Origin: an uncultured Acidobacteriota bacterium
GTDB taxonomy: Bacteria > Acidobacteriota > Vicinamibacteria > Vicinamibacterales > UBA8438
Direction of reading: 5' to 3'
Assembly (NCBI GenBank): GCA_913043225.1
Contig: CAJWLU010000015.1
Coordinates: forward strand, 1-64,000
DNA: 64,000 nt
Shown: one piece after another, positions 18,939-29,105 of the stretch
How the letters are laid out: each line of letters opens with the position of its first letter
Numbering within the stretch: the stretch's first letter is position 1
Translations under genes and position numbers: made by a program
The notes under the pieces: model-generated
The model's database searches: none
What the model saw: only the letters and a program-made list of their open reading frames with translations
Told to the model about the DNA's origin: nothing

Positions 18939-21242
18939 GTGCGAGAACAGAGGTGGATCTGTCGCACGCTGCTGCTCGCCTGGCTCTGCCTCGCGGGTTG
19001 CTCGGTGCCGGCTTTGGCGCAGGGCGGAGGCGGTGCCGAATTGGTTGATGCCACCGTTTCGCGCTACTGCGTCGCCTGCCATAACGATCGCACTCTGGTT
19101 GCCGGACTGAGTCTGGCCGAAGCACCAGCGGCCGAGCTTGCTGGCCATACCGACGTCTTCGAAAAGGTGCTTCGCAAGCTACGGGCGGGCGAGATGCCTC
19201 CCGCCGGCCGACCGGCACCGGACGCCGGCACCCTCGACGCCATCGTGTCCTGGCTCGAGGATTCCCTCGACGGACTGGCCGCGGCTGCTCCGAATCCCGG
19301 GAGCCCCGCCATTCACCGGCTGAATCGAGCGGAGTATGCCAACGCCGTTCGGGATCTGCTGGCGCTTGATCTCGACCATGCCATGGATCTGCCGGCAGAC
19401 GACTCAGGCTATGGGTTCGACAACATCGGGGACGTACTTACCGTGTCGCCGCTACACGTCGAGAAGTACATCAGCGCCGCTCGCCGCATTAGCCAGCAGG
19501 CGGTCGGCACTCAGACGCCACGACCGGTCGTCGTCCGTCACGAAGCGCGTCGGGGCACGGCTGGCGAGGCGCTCGGTGCGCTGCCGCTCAACGTACGCGG
19601 GGGGCTCGTTACCACCCACTTTTTCCCGTTTGACGCCGACTACACGTTGACCGTACGTGTCCGTGGACGACGGTCGCTCGACCTGCCGGCGCCGAAGCTC
19701 GACGTAAGGCTCGATGGACATCGTGTCCAGCTGATCGATGCCGATTTCGACGTTGAGGAGGCGAATCAGGGTACCCGGAACTTCGAGATCCCGATCACGG
19801 TGACGGCGGGCGAATACGAGATCGGGGCTGGGTTCCTCACCGAGTACGCGCGATCGGAGGAGGGGGCCGGTCAGCAGACCGGACTCTACTCGGTCGACTA
19901 TGTCCTGGTCGGAGGTCCCTATGACGCGACCGGGCCCGGAGAGACGCCGAGTAGGCAGCGCATCTTCCGATGTCGCCCATCGGCGGGTGAGCCGGAGCAC
20001 CTCTGCGCTCGCGAGATCCTGTCGCCCCTGGCCAGGCTGGCCTACCGGCGAGGGGTCAACGACGCCGACCTGACGCTACTGCTTGAGCTGTTCGACATGG
20101 GGCGCGAGGACGGTGGGAGCTTTGAGGCGGGTATCGAGATGGCTCTCAGCGGAGTATTGATGTCACCGAGCTTCCTGTTCCGGAACGCGACCACGCCGGA
20201 CGGTGTCGCTGCGGGTGAGGTGTACCAGCTGACCGACTTCGAGCTGGCCTCGCGCCTGTCCTTCTTTCTGTGGAGCAGTATCCCCGATGAGCCACTGCTG
20301 CGACTGGCCGCGGCTGGCCGTCTGAGTGAGCCGGACGAACTCGACCGTCAGATCGTCCGGATGCTGGCAGATCCGCGGGCCTCGTCGCTGGTCGAGAACT
20401 TCGGTGGCCAGTGGCTCCACCTCCGCAATGTCGCCGACTGGACCCCTGATCCTGAGCGGTTCAGTGACTTCGACGAGCCGCTGCGTTACGCCTTCGAGCG
20501 CGAGACGACGCTGTTCCTCGAGCATCTGGTCCGTGACGACCGAAGCGTCCTCGAACTCCTGGACGCGGACTACACCTTCGTGAACGAGCGGTTAGCCGAA
20601 TTCTACGGGCTCGAGGACGTCGAGGGCGGCTACTTCCGGAGAGTGTCGCTGGCCGGGACCGACCGTGGCGGCATCCTGGGGCATGGGTCGGTGCTGATGG
20701 TGACCTCGTACCCAACCCGCTCTTCGCCGGTGCTCCGCGGGAAGTGGGTGCTCGAGAATCTCCTGGGCGCTCCGCCACCGGCACCGCCGCCCGACGTGCC
20801 GCCGCTCTCGGACACCGCCGAGCAGTCGGCGGGAAGTCTGCGAGAGGCGCTGGAGCAGCATCGGGCCAATCCGGCGTGCGCGGTCTGTCACGCCCGGCTC
20901 GACCCGCTCGGGTTTGCCCTCGAGACGTTCGACGCGGTTGGCAAGCGCCGCTCGGAGGAATCCGGATTGGTGGATGCTTCGGGCGCGCTCCCGAACGGTA
21001 CAGTGATTGACGGACCCGCCGGGTTGCGTGACGTGCTGCTGTCTCGCCGCCAAGAATTCGTGGAGACGCTGGCCGATCGGCTGTTGACCTACGCTGTGGG
21101 GCGAGGACTGGAAGCGTCCGATCAACCGGCGGTACGGGAGATCCGTCGGCGGGTCGAGGCTGGTGGCCACCAGTTTTCGGCGCTGGTCGCAGCCATCGTT
21201 GATAGCGTACCATTCAGGTTCAGAAGGGCTCCCGCGTCATGA
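18939..21242 (+). CDS. Planctomycete-type cytochrome c with DUF1587/1595/1592/1588/1585 domains
   Basis: CVACH and CAVCH heme motifs; RLNRAEY.N.VRDLL, GFDN, ELASRLSFFLW, SPVLRGKWV, DPLGFALE. Confidence 0.9.
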   Translation: MREQRWICRTLLLAWLCLAGCSVPALAQGGGGAELVDATVSRYCVACHNDRTLVAGLSLAEAPAAELAGHTDVFEKVLRKLRAGEMPPAGRPAPDAGTLDAIVSWLEDSLDGLAAAAPNPGSPAIHRLNRAEYANAVRDLLALDLDHAMDLPADDSGYGFDNIGDVLTVSPLHVEKYISAARRISQQAVGTQTPRPVVVRHEARRGTAGEALGALPLNVRGGLVTTHFFPFDADYTLTVRVRGRRSLDLPAPKLDVRLDGHRVQLIDADFDVEEANQGTRNFEIPITVTAGEYEIGAGFLTEYARSEEGAGQQTGLYSVDYVLVGGPYDATGPGETPSRQRIFRCRPSAGEPEHLCAREILSPLARLAYRRGVNDADLTLLLELFDMGREDGGSFEAGIEMALSGVLMSPSFLFRNATTPDGVAAGEVYQLTDFELASRLSFFLWSSIPDEPLLRLAAAGRLSEPDELDRQIVRMLADPRASSLVENFGGQWLHLRNVADWTPDPERFSDFDEPLRYAFERETTLFLEHLVRDDRSVLELLDADYTFVNERLAEFYGLEDVEGGYFRRVSLAGTDRGGILGHGSVLMVTSYPTRSSPVLRGKWVLENLLGAPPPAPPPDVPPLSDTAEQSAGSLREALEQHRANPACAVCHARLDPLGFALETFDAVGKRRSEESGLVDASGALPNGTVIDGPAGLRDVLLSRRQEFVETLADRLLTYAVGRGLEASDQPAVREIRRRVEAGGHQFSALVAAIVDSVPFRFRRAPAS

Positions 21243-22576
21243 TCACGCGCACTTCGCTTCCACGTCGTACCTTCTTGCAAGGGATGGGGACCGCTGTCGC
21301 GCTTCCGTTCCTTGAGGCGATGACGCCGGCGTTTGCCCGTGCCGCGACGCCGATCACGCGGGTGGCCTTCATCTACACCGCCAACGGCATCATCATGGGC
21401 GACTGGACCCCTGCCGACGAGGGTGGAGGTTTCACCATGTCGCCCACCCTGTTGCCTGTCGCTCCCTTCCAGCAGCAGTTGACCGTGTTGACCGGTCTCG
21501 CTCACCGCAACGGAGAGGCGCTTGGAGATGGACCAGGTGATCACGCCCGAGCTGGCGCTAGCTGGCTGACCGGGGTCCACCCGAAGAAGACTCAGGGCGC
21601 AGACATTCGCAACGGTATGTCGGTCGACCAGATGCTGGCCCAGGATATCGGGCGGTCGACGCCGCTGCCGTCGCTTGAACTGGGACTGCAGGACGTTCGG
21701 ATGGTCGGTGGCTGCGATTCTGGTTACAGCTGTGCCTACTCGAACACCGTGTCGTGGAGCTCGCCGACGACGCCGCTGCCGTACGAGAACAATCCCCGGC
21801 GCGTCTTCGAGCGTCTGTTCGGCGACGGTGAGACCACCGACCCGGCGGTACGCGCGGTCCGTTCACGGCAGAACCGCAGCCTGCTCGACTTCGTCATGGC
21901 CGACGCGGCGCGGCTGCGGCTCAGTCTCGGTGCGGGCGACCGGCGCAAGCTTGCGGACTATCTCGATTCGGTGCGCGAGGTGGAGCGGCGAATCGAGAAC
22001 GCTGAGCGCCGCGGGGCGGTCGAACTGCCCACCCTCGACCGGCCCGACGGCGTGCCGCCCACCTTCGCCGAGCACGTCCAGGTGATGTCCGACCTGATCG
22101 CCATTGCCTTCCAGGCGGATCTCACCCGCGTCGTGACGTTCATGTATAGCCGAGAGGGCGGTAACCGTACCTATCGCGAGATCGGCGTGCCCGATGCCCA
22201 CCATGGTCTTTCGCATCACCAAAACGATCCGGAGCGGATGGCGCGGCTGCAGCTGATCGACCGGCACCACGTGGCGCAGTTCGCCTATCTGCTGGGCAAG
22301 CTGGCCGAGGCTGACGACGAACAGGGCTCGGTGCTCGATGCGTCGATGATCATTTACGGGAGCAGCCTGAGCGATAGCAACGCCCATACCCACGATAATC
22401 TGCCGACGCTGCTCGCCGGCGGAGGGACTGGAACCCTTAAGGGCGGTCGGCACCTGCGCTTCGCCGACGGCACGCCGATGACCAACCTGCTCTTGACCAT
22501 GCTCGACAAGGTCGGCTCTTACCGTGAGCAGGTTGGCGATTCCACTGGTCGCATTGAGCATCTGAGCGATCTCTAG
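21239..22576 (+). CDS. DUF1552 (HXXSHH) Tat-exported protein
   Basis: PRRTFL, LPFLEAM, HHGLSHH, LLAGG; ATGA overlap with the cytochrome gene. Confidence 0.9.
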   Translation: MITRTSLPRRTFLQGMGTAVALPFLEAMTPAFARAATPITRVAFIYTANGIIMGDWTPADEGGGFTMSPTLLPVAPFQQQLTVLTGLAHRNGEALGDGPGDHARAGASWLTGVHPKKTQGADIRNGMSVDQMLAQDIGRSTPLPSLELGLQDVRMVGGCDSGYSCAYSNTVSWSSPTTPLPYENNPRRVFERLFGDGETTDPAVRAVRSRQNRSLLDFVMADAARLRLSLGAGDRRKLADYLDSVREVERRIENAERRGAVELPTLDRPDGVPPTFAEHVQVMSDLIAIAFQADLTRVVTFMYSREGGNRTYREIGVPDAHHGLSHHQNDPERMARLQLIDRHHVAQFAYLLGKLAEADDEQGSVLDASMIIYGSSLSDSNAHTHDNLPTLLAGGGTGTLKGGRHLRFADGTPMTNLLLTMLDKVGSYREQVGDSTGRIEHLSDL

Positions 22577-22647
22577 CGGCTCTGACCCAAGCGACAAGTT
22601 CCGCGTTCCGGCCCCTCACGGCGGCCGTCTATCTGCCGTCCGGCCTG

Positions 22648-23790
22648 ATGGCTATTGCCCAGGCGGTGCTCTTGGTCGTGGTGCCGCTGTACGTGCTGGA
22701 GCTCGGCGGCAGTCCGGCGCACGCCGCGCTCGTCTATGCCATGCGCGGGCTCGGCAGCGTCGCCGTGAACCTGCCCGCGAGCGTGGTGATCGATCGCTAC
22801 GGCCACCGGGCCGGCATGGTCAGCGCGATCGCGCTGATGGGCGGGGCGGCGGTGCTGATCGCCTTGACCGACGACAGCAGACTCGTTGCAGCTGCCACCT
22901 TGCTTTTTGGCGCAGGCATGGGTGGCTGGCTGTTGGCGCGGCTGGCGTTGATCACCCTGCATATCCCGAATCATCGTCGCGGTAACGCGCTGTCCGGTCT
23001 CGCCGGCTTGCAACGGCTCGGCATGCTGGTCGGGCCGCTGGCGGGCGGGATCGGCATCGAGATGCTGGGTTTCCGTCCAGTGCTGCTGCTGGTAACGACC
23101 GCGACCGTGATCGCGGTCGTACTGGTCTCGATGTTTGCTCCAGCCCCGCCAGAGCACTCGGAGCCAGAGATCGGCGGAATGTCGGCCGCTGCGCTACTCG
23201 TCTTGGTGCCGACACTGCTGCGCCGTTACCGGAAGGTGTTCCTGACCGCCGGTGCCTACGCTTTCGCTCTCCAGTTGCTCCGCGAACAGCGGGGACTCTT
23301 GTTCGTACTATGGGGGACCGGTCTCGGCATTGCGCCCGATGAGTTGGGCGGCATTATCAGCCTCGGCGCGACCCTCGACATGCTCATGTTTCCCCTTGGG
23401 GGCTGGGTGATAGACCACCGGGGCCGGAAACCGGCCGGGTTGATGTGCATCGGGCTGATGGCCCTGGCCCTTGCTCTGCTGCCGCTGACCGAGTCCGCTC
23501 TCACCTTGACGCTGGTGGCGCTGCTGGCGGCGGTGGGGAATGGGATGGGGAGCGGCATTGTGCTGACGATGGGGGCCGACTTGGCGCCGGTCAACGACAC
23601 CAGCCGGTTCCTCGGCGCCTGGCGTATGGTGGGCGACGTTGGTGCTCTCTCGGGGCCGTTGCTGACCTCGGCTCTCGGTTCGATCGTCGCGGCGCTCGGC
23701 GCCTCGGCCGCCATCGGACTGTTTGGCGCGGTCATGCTCTGGCGGTTCGTGGAAGAGACGTTGTCGCGGCCCGATGTGCCCGCCGCCTGA
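22648..23790 (+). CDS. MFS transporter (start probably about 22582)
   Basis: About 12 TM; DRYGHR and DHRGRK motif-A-like loops; in-frame VYLPS helix lies upstream of the first ATG. Confidence 0.85.
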   Translation: MAIAQAVLLVVVPLYVLELGGSPAHAALVYAMRGLGSVAVNLPASVVIDRYGHRAGMVSAIALMGGAAVLIALTDDSRLVAAATLLFGAGMGGWLLARLALITLHIPNHRRGNALSGLAGLQRLGMLVGPLAGGIGIEMLGFRPVLLLVTTATVIAVVLVSMFAPAPPEHSEPEIGGMSAAALLVLVPTLLRRYRKVFLTAGAYAFALQLLREQRGLLFVLWGTGLGIAPDELGGIISLGATLDMLMFPLGGWVIDHRGRKPAGLMCIGLMALALALLPLTESALTLTLVALLAAVGNGMGSGIVLTMGADLAPVNDTSRFLGAWRMVGDVGALSGPLLTSALGSIVAALGASAAIGLFGAVMLWRFVEETLSRPDVPAA

Positions 23791-23926
23791 CCATGCATCC
23801 GACCAGTCACCGTCCCGGTTCGACCACTCGCGTCCAATTCGTCATCGATGCTCGCGTTCCTGCCGTCCAGTGGACTAGAAGCCGAGCCGCGCGGGACATG
23901 ATAGGGTTTCGGCTGCATCCCACGTC

Positions 23927-24766
23927 ATGAAAAGTGCCCATCAACTCGTTGAATCTGACTCGCGGACAGATCGCCCGGTCGCCCGTCGTGTACGGCAATT
24001 CGCCGAGAGCTTTCTGCGGCCGTTCGGCTTCGGCGTGCGCCCGGTCGCTGAGCTTGAGACGTTGGATCGTGCGCTTCACTGGAGCTACTACTGGTACAAC
24101 GCGCAGAAGAAACCTGATCTTCGCGAGCGGGGAGGTTTCGGACAGATCGCGGCCGACACCATTGCGCAGAAACGGACCTACCTGAACTACGACCGGCTCT
24201 ACACTCTGTGGCAGGCGGTCAGCGGCCTGTCTTGCGATAACTTGGCGCTTGCCGAGGTTGGTGCCTATCGCGGCGGCTCGGCACGGTTTGTGGCCGAGAC
24301 GCTCCGCCACCACGGCTGGTCCAACCCGCTCTACGTGTTCGACACTTTCGAAGGCCACGCCGTTGTCGACCCGACGGTCGACGGCAAACACAAGGTCGGA
24401 AAACAGTTCAAGGCGACGTCGCTCGAGAAGGTCGAGCGCTATCTCCGTTATTACGACAACGTCCAGATCACCAAAGGCGACTTCTGTCAGACGGCCACAG
24501 TTCTGGATGAGGTGGGGGACTTCTGGTCGGTCCACGTGGACGTGGACGTCTATCCGGTGACCCTGTTCGCACTTCGCTACTTCGCGAATCGGATGGTGCC
24601 GGGCGGGATGATCGTGGTCGACGACTACGGCTTCAAGCGGACTCGCGGAGCGGAGAAGGCGGTCGAGGAGTTCGTTGGTTCCCGGGACGACTACGCTCGA
24701 CTGCACCTGCTGACCGGGCAGGCCGTGTTGATCAAGCTCGCTGCGGGTTCCTCCGACGCCGGCTGA
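23927..24766 (+). CDS. TylF/MycF-family O-methyltransferase
   Basis: AEVGAYRGGS, FDTFEG, HVDVDVY, GGMIVVDDY. Confidence 0.85.
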   Translation: MKSAHQLVESDSRTDRPVARRVRQFAESFLRPFGFGVRPVAELETLDRALHWSYYWYNAQKKPDLRERGGFGQIAADTIAQKRTYLNYDRLYTLWQAVSGLSCDNLALAEVGAYRGGSARFVAETLRHHGWSNPLYVFDTFEGHAVVDPTVDGKHKVGKQFKATSLEKVERYLRYYDNVQITKGDFCQTATVLDEVGDFWSVHVDVDVYPVTLFALRYFANRMVPGGMIVVDDYGFKRTRGAEKAVEEFVGSRDDYARLHLLTGQAVLIKLAAGSSDAG

Positions 24767-24790
24767 CCCTCCTGTGGGCGTCGGCGGATC

Positions 24791-27019
24791 CTACAGGCTG
24801 TCGATGATGGCGTTGAGCGTGGCGCTCGGTCGCATCGCCTGCTCCGCCCGCTCGGGATCCGGACGGAAGTAGCCACCGAGGTCCACCGGTACCCCTTGGA
24901 CGGCCAGCAGCTCGGCCGCGATGGCGTCCTCGGCCTCGGCCAGCTGGGCGGCCACCGGGCCGAACCGTACCTTCAGCTCGGCGTCATCGTCCTGCGCCGC
25001 TAGCGCCTGCGCCCAGTACAGTGCCAGGTAGAACGTGCTGCCGCGATTGTCGATCTCGTTCACCTTCCGCGACGGCGTGCGGCCCTTAGCCAGGTACTGG
25101 CCGATCGCCTCGTCGAGGGTCTTGGCGAGCAACGTCGCCTTCGGCTTGTCGGCCTGCTGGGCTGCGAGCTCGAGCGATGGGACGAGCGCACAGTACTCGC
25201 CGAGTGAATCCCACCGCAGGTGCCCCTCCTTGAGCATCTGTTGCACGTGCTTCGGCGCCGAGCCACCGGCGCCGGTCTCGAAGAGCCCCCCGCCATTGAG
25301 GAGCGGTACGATCGAGAGCATCCGGGCGCTGGTGCCGAGCTCGAGAATCGGGAACAGATCTGTCAGGTAGTCCCGGAGGACGTTGCCAGTGGCGGCGATA
25401 GTGCTCTCACCCTTGCGTATCCGCTTCAGCGAGAACCGCATGGCATCGACTGGGGCCATGATGTGGATCGCGAGGTCGCTGGTGTCGTGGTCCGGGAGGT
25501 ACGCCTCGAGCTTCTTGATGATCTCGGCGTCGTGGGCACGGTCGGCGTTCAGCCAGAAGACCACCGGCTGCCCCGAGGCGCGCGCGCGGGTCACGGCAAG
25601 TTTGACCCAGTCGCGGATCGGCTCGTCCTTGGTCTGGCACATCCGGAAGATGTCACCGGCGCCCACAGCCTGTTCGAGCACCGTCGCCCCGCTGCCGTCG
25701 ACCACCCGGATCACGCCGTCGCCGGGCGCCATGAACGTCTTGTCGTGCGAGCCGTACTCCTGCGCCTTGCGCGCCATCAGGCCCACGTTCGACACGCTGC
25801 CCATGGTGGCGGGGTCGAGCTGCCCATGCTGCTGACAGTCCTCGATGATCGCCTGGTACATCGTGGCGTAGCTGCGGTCCGGGATCATGGCGACCGTGTC
25901 CTGCAGCGCGTCACCGCTGTTCCACATCCGGCCCCCGTCCCGCACGACGTTCGGCATCGAGGCGTCGATGATCACGTCGTTCGGCACGTGCAGGTTGGTG
26001 ATGCCCCTCCGCGAGTCGACCATGGCGAGCGGCGGACGCTCGTTGTAGACCGCGGTGATGTCGGCTTCGATCGCGCGCCGCTGCTCGTCGGGCAGGCGGT
26101 CGAGCTTGTCGAGCACGCCGGCCAATCCGTGATTAACGTTCGCGCCCACCGAGGCCAGGGGGGCAGCGTGCTTTTCGAGTGCAGACTGGAAATAGACTGA
26201 GACGCAGTGCCCGAACATGACCGGATCGGACACCTTCATCATCGTGGCCTTAAGGTGGAGCGATAGCAGCGCGCCGTCCCGGTTGGCTTCGTCTATGGTG
26301 CGAGCGAAGAACGCCCTGAGCGCGGTGACGTTCATCGCCGCGGCGTCGACTACCTCGCCCGCCTCGATCGCGACGCGCTCCTTGAGTACTGTGGAGTCGC
26401 CGTCGCCGGCCACAAACTGAATCTGGACGTCGCCGGCCGCGGTCATAGTGGCTGACCGCTCGCTGCCGAAGAAGTCGTTGTCGTCCATATGGGCCACGCG
26501 GGTCTTGGACCCGGACTCCGGCCAGTTCTTCATCATCCTGTGCGGGTGCTGCTGGGCGTGCCGCTTGACCGCACCGGCTGCACGGCGGTCCGAGTTGCCC
26601 TCACGCAGGACCGGGTTCACGGCCGAGCCCAGCACCTTGGCGAACCGAGCCTGTAGCGCCTGCTCCTCGTCGGACCGTGGTTCTTCCGGGTAGTTGGGAA
26701 TGTCGTAGCCCTGGCCCTGGAGCTCGGCAATCGCGTCCTGCAGCTGCGGGACCGACGCGCTGATGTTCGGCAGCTTCACGATGTTGGCGGCTGGCGTCTT
26801 GGCCAGCTCGCCCAGCCAGCTCAATTCGTCCGGAATTTGCTGGTCGTCACTAAGACGCTCTGGGAACGCGGCGATGATCCGGCCGGCCAGCGAGATGTCG
26901 CGGGTTTCGACTTCGACACCGGTGCCCTTGGTGAAGGCATGAACGATCGGGAGCAGCGAATAGGTCGCGAGGGCAGGGGCCTCGTCAATCTTGGTCCAGA
27001 CGATATTGGCAGCAGACAT
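24791..27019 (-). CDS. icd: Monomeric NADP-dependent isocitrate dehydrogenase
   Basis: [58 protein letters not shown]; 742 aa. Confidence 0.97.
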   Translation of the reverse strand: MSAANIVWTKIDEAPALATYSLLPIVHAFTKGTGVEVETRDISLAGRIIAAFPERLSDDQQIPDELSWLGELAKTPAANIVKLPNISASVPQLQDAIAELQGQGYDIPNYPEEPRSDEEQALQARFAKVLGSAVNPVLREGNSDRRAAGAVKRHAQQHPHRMMKNWPESGSKTRVAHMDDNDFFGSERSATMTAAGDVQIQFVAGDGDSTVLKERVAIEAGEVVDAAAMNVTALRAFFARTIDEANRDGALLSLHLKATMMKVSDPVMFGHCVSVYFQSALEKHAAPLASVGANVNHGLAGVLDKLDRLPDEQRRAIEADITAVYNERPPLAMVDSRRGITNLHVPNDVIIDASMPNVVRDGGRMWNSGDALQDTVAMIPDRSYATMYQAIIEDCQQHGQLDPATMGSVSNVGLMARKAQEYGSHDKTFMAPGDGVIRVVDGSGATVLEQAVGAGDIFRMCQTKDEPIRDWVKLAVTRARASGQPVVFWLNADRAHDAEIIKKLEAYLPDHDTSDLAIHIMAPVDAMRFSLKRIRKGESTIAATGNVLRDYLTDLFPILELGTSARMLSIVPLLNGGGLFETGAGGSAPKHVQQMLKEGHLRWDSLGEYCALVPSLELAAQQADKPKATLLAKTLDEAIGQYLAKGRTPSRKVNEIDNRGSTFYLALYWAQALAAQDDDAELKVRFGPVAAQLAEAEDAIAAELLAVQGVPVDLGGYFRPDPERAEQAMRPSATLNAIIDSL

Positions 27020-27111
27020 GCAAGTCCTTCTATAGAGAGACGCCTCACAGAGCAGACAGAACCTGCTATCGTACCGCACTCGAGAGCGAGACGCGACCGG
27101 GTGGGGAGGCG

Positions 27112-28203
27112 ATGATGCGCGTATATGGGCGGAGACGGGCTGGCGTGGCGGCGGGACTCGTGGTCGGGATTGCGGCCACGGTGGCATGTGGAGGCTCTGC
27201 TCCGGTGTCAGGGGCGCCGGCCGCGGCCGCCACGGCCCAGGCGGGACCCGACTATGTACCGCCCGAGGTCACCCCGCCCTCGCGTGACCTTACCCAGGCG
27301 GATTTCGATCAGATGATGGCGGACCTCTCCAACTGGGGTCGGTGGGGTGACGACGACGAGCTGGGTGCGGCCAACCTCATCACGCCGGCCAAGCGGCTCG
27401 AGGCGGTGTCACTGGTCACCGAGGGGATCACGGTCTCGCTTGAACATCCGCTGATCACCGAGGAGGCGCCCGATGTACCGTTCCCGTTCCAGCGCCGGAT
27501 GCTTGGTGTGCCTGACCCCGACGCCGAGCCGTCCGACTACGGATCGGTGAGCGACAACTACACCATCAGCTATCACGGCTACTCGCATAGCCATATCGAC
27601 GCGCTCTGCCACATCTTCTACAAGGGGCAGATGTACAACGGTGTTTCACAGAACGCGGTTACGGAAGACGGGTGTCCGAACGCGTCTATCATCAACCTCC
27701 ATGGCGGCATTGTGACCCGCGGAGTGCTGATGGACATCCCACGCTTGAAGGGCGTGGACTATCTCGAGCCGGGGACCCCCATCTACCAGGAGGATCTGGA
27801 AGCGTTTGAGGAGATGGCGGGCGTGACGGTCCGGCCGGGCGATGCGGTCTTCATCCGTACGGGACGGTGGGCGCGTCGGGCCGAGCTCGGGCCGTGGGCG
27901 GTGTCGCAAGAGGCCGCAGGGCTGCACACGTCGACGATGCCGTGGGTGAGGGCCCGAGACATCGCCTTCCTGGGCAGCGACACAGCGCTGGACGTGGTGC
28001 CATCACAGATCGAGGGGGTTCGCCTCCCGGTGCACCAGGTGACGATCGTGGCGCTCGGTGTCGACCTGTTCGACAATCAGGATCTCGAAGCGCTGGCCGA
28101 GACCGCCGCGCGACTCAACCGGTGGGAGTTCATGCTGGTGGCTGGGCCACTCGCCGTTGAAACCGGCACCGGTTCTCCGGTGAACGCGATCGCGATCTTC
28201 TAG
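27112..28203 (+). CDS. Cyclase (kynurenine formamidase-like) family lipoprotein
   Basis: TVAC lipobox; [35 protein letters not shown]. Confidence 0.88.
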   Translation: MMRVYGRRRAGVAAGLVVGIAATVACGGSAPVSGAPAAAATAQAGPDYVPPEVTPPSRDLTQADFDQMMADLSNWGRWGDDDELGAANLITPAKRLEAVSLVTEGITVSLEHPLITEEAPDVPFPFQRRMLGVPDPDAEPSDYGSVSDNYTISYHGYSHSHIDALCHIFYKGQMYNGVSQNAVTEDGCPNASIINLHGGIVTRGVLMDIPRLKGVDYLEPGTPIYQEDLEAFEEMAGVTVRPGDAVFIRTGRWARRAELGPWAVSQEAAGLHTSTMPWVRARDIAFLGSDTALDVVPSQIEGVRLPVHQVTIVALGVDLFDNQDLEALAETAARLNRWEFMLVAGPLAVETGTGSPVNAIAIF

Positions 28204-28207
28204 TGCC

Positions 28208-29074
28208 ATGCCGGGAAGTTCGAGCCGTCTCGCGGGCGGCGTGACGTTGGCGATCTTGCTACTCGGGAGCGCGGGCGCCGCAGCGCAGCAGATCCCGTTC
28301 TCGCAGCGACCGTTCAGCGAGACGACGATCCGGCCGAATGGCCAGCCAGTGATTCCGATCTACGACGGCTGGTACGCCAACGCCGACGGCACCTTCACCA
28401 TCTGCTTCGGCTACTTCAACCTCAATACGGAGCAGGCCTTCGACGTGCCGCTCGGTCCGGCAAACCGGATCGAGCCCGCGGAGTACGACGGGGCGCAGCC
28501 GACACGTTTCGACCCGGTGCCCGATCCGACGTTGACGAACAAGTACCGTCATCACTGGTGCGTGTTCACAGTCCAGGTTCCGGCCGACTTTGGCGACCGG
28601 CGGGTGGTGTGGGTGCTGAGTACGCAGGGCGAAGACCTCTCGGTGCCCGGACATCTGCTGCCAGCCTACGTGCTTGAAGAGCGTACGTCGCCAGGGCGGG
28701 GGGCCGAGGCGCCCCGTATTCGTCTGGCCGAAGCCGAACCGCAGGCCTATGGACGCAACGGGCTGACGGCTGCGCGGACCGTAGCGGTCGATGAGCCGCT
28801 CGAGCTGGCAGTCTGGGTAGAACATCCCGAGCCCGGTACATGGCTCGGCTGGACGAAGCATCAGGGCGATGGTGACGTGTCGTTCACGGCCACCGAGGTG
28901 ATCGTGGCGGACTCGATCGGACGGGGTATAACCACCGCACGGTTCGCGGCTCCCGGGAACTACCTGCTGCGGGTGCAGGCGATCAACGATCCTGGGCCAC
29001 GAAATCCCACCTACGGGTTCGAATTCCATTGCTGCTGGACGAACGCCTATGTCAGGGTTAGCGTCACTCCGTAG
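28208..29074 (+). CDS. Exported conserved hypothetical protein with a C-terminal Ig/PKD-like region
   Basis: Signal peptide; GQPVIPIYDGWY.NADG, FGYFNLN, APGNYLLRVQA, CCWTN. Confidence 0.7.
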   Translation: MPGSSSRLAGGVTLAILLLGSAGAAAQQIPFSQRPFSETTIRPNGQPVIPIYDGWYANADGTFTICFGYFNLNTEQAFDVPLGPANRIEPAEYDGAQPTRFDPVPDPTLTNKYRHHWCVFTVQVPADFGDRRVVWVLSTQGEDLSVPGHLLPAYVLEERTSPGRGAEAPRIRLAEAEPQAYGRNGLTAARTVAVDEPLELAVWVEHPEPGTWLGWTKHQGDGDVSFTATEVIVADSIGRGITTARFAAPGNYLLRVQAINDPGPRNPTYGFEFHCCWTNAYVRVSVTP

Positions 29075-29105
29075 GCATTGGCGTCGGCTGGGTCGGGTAT
29101 TCATC

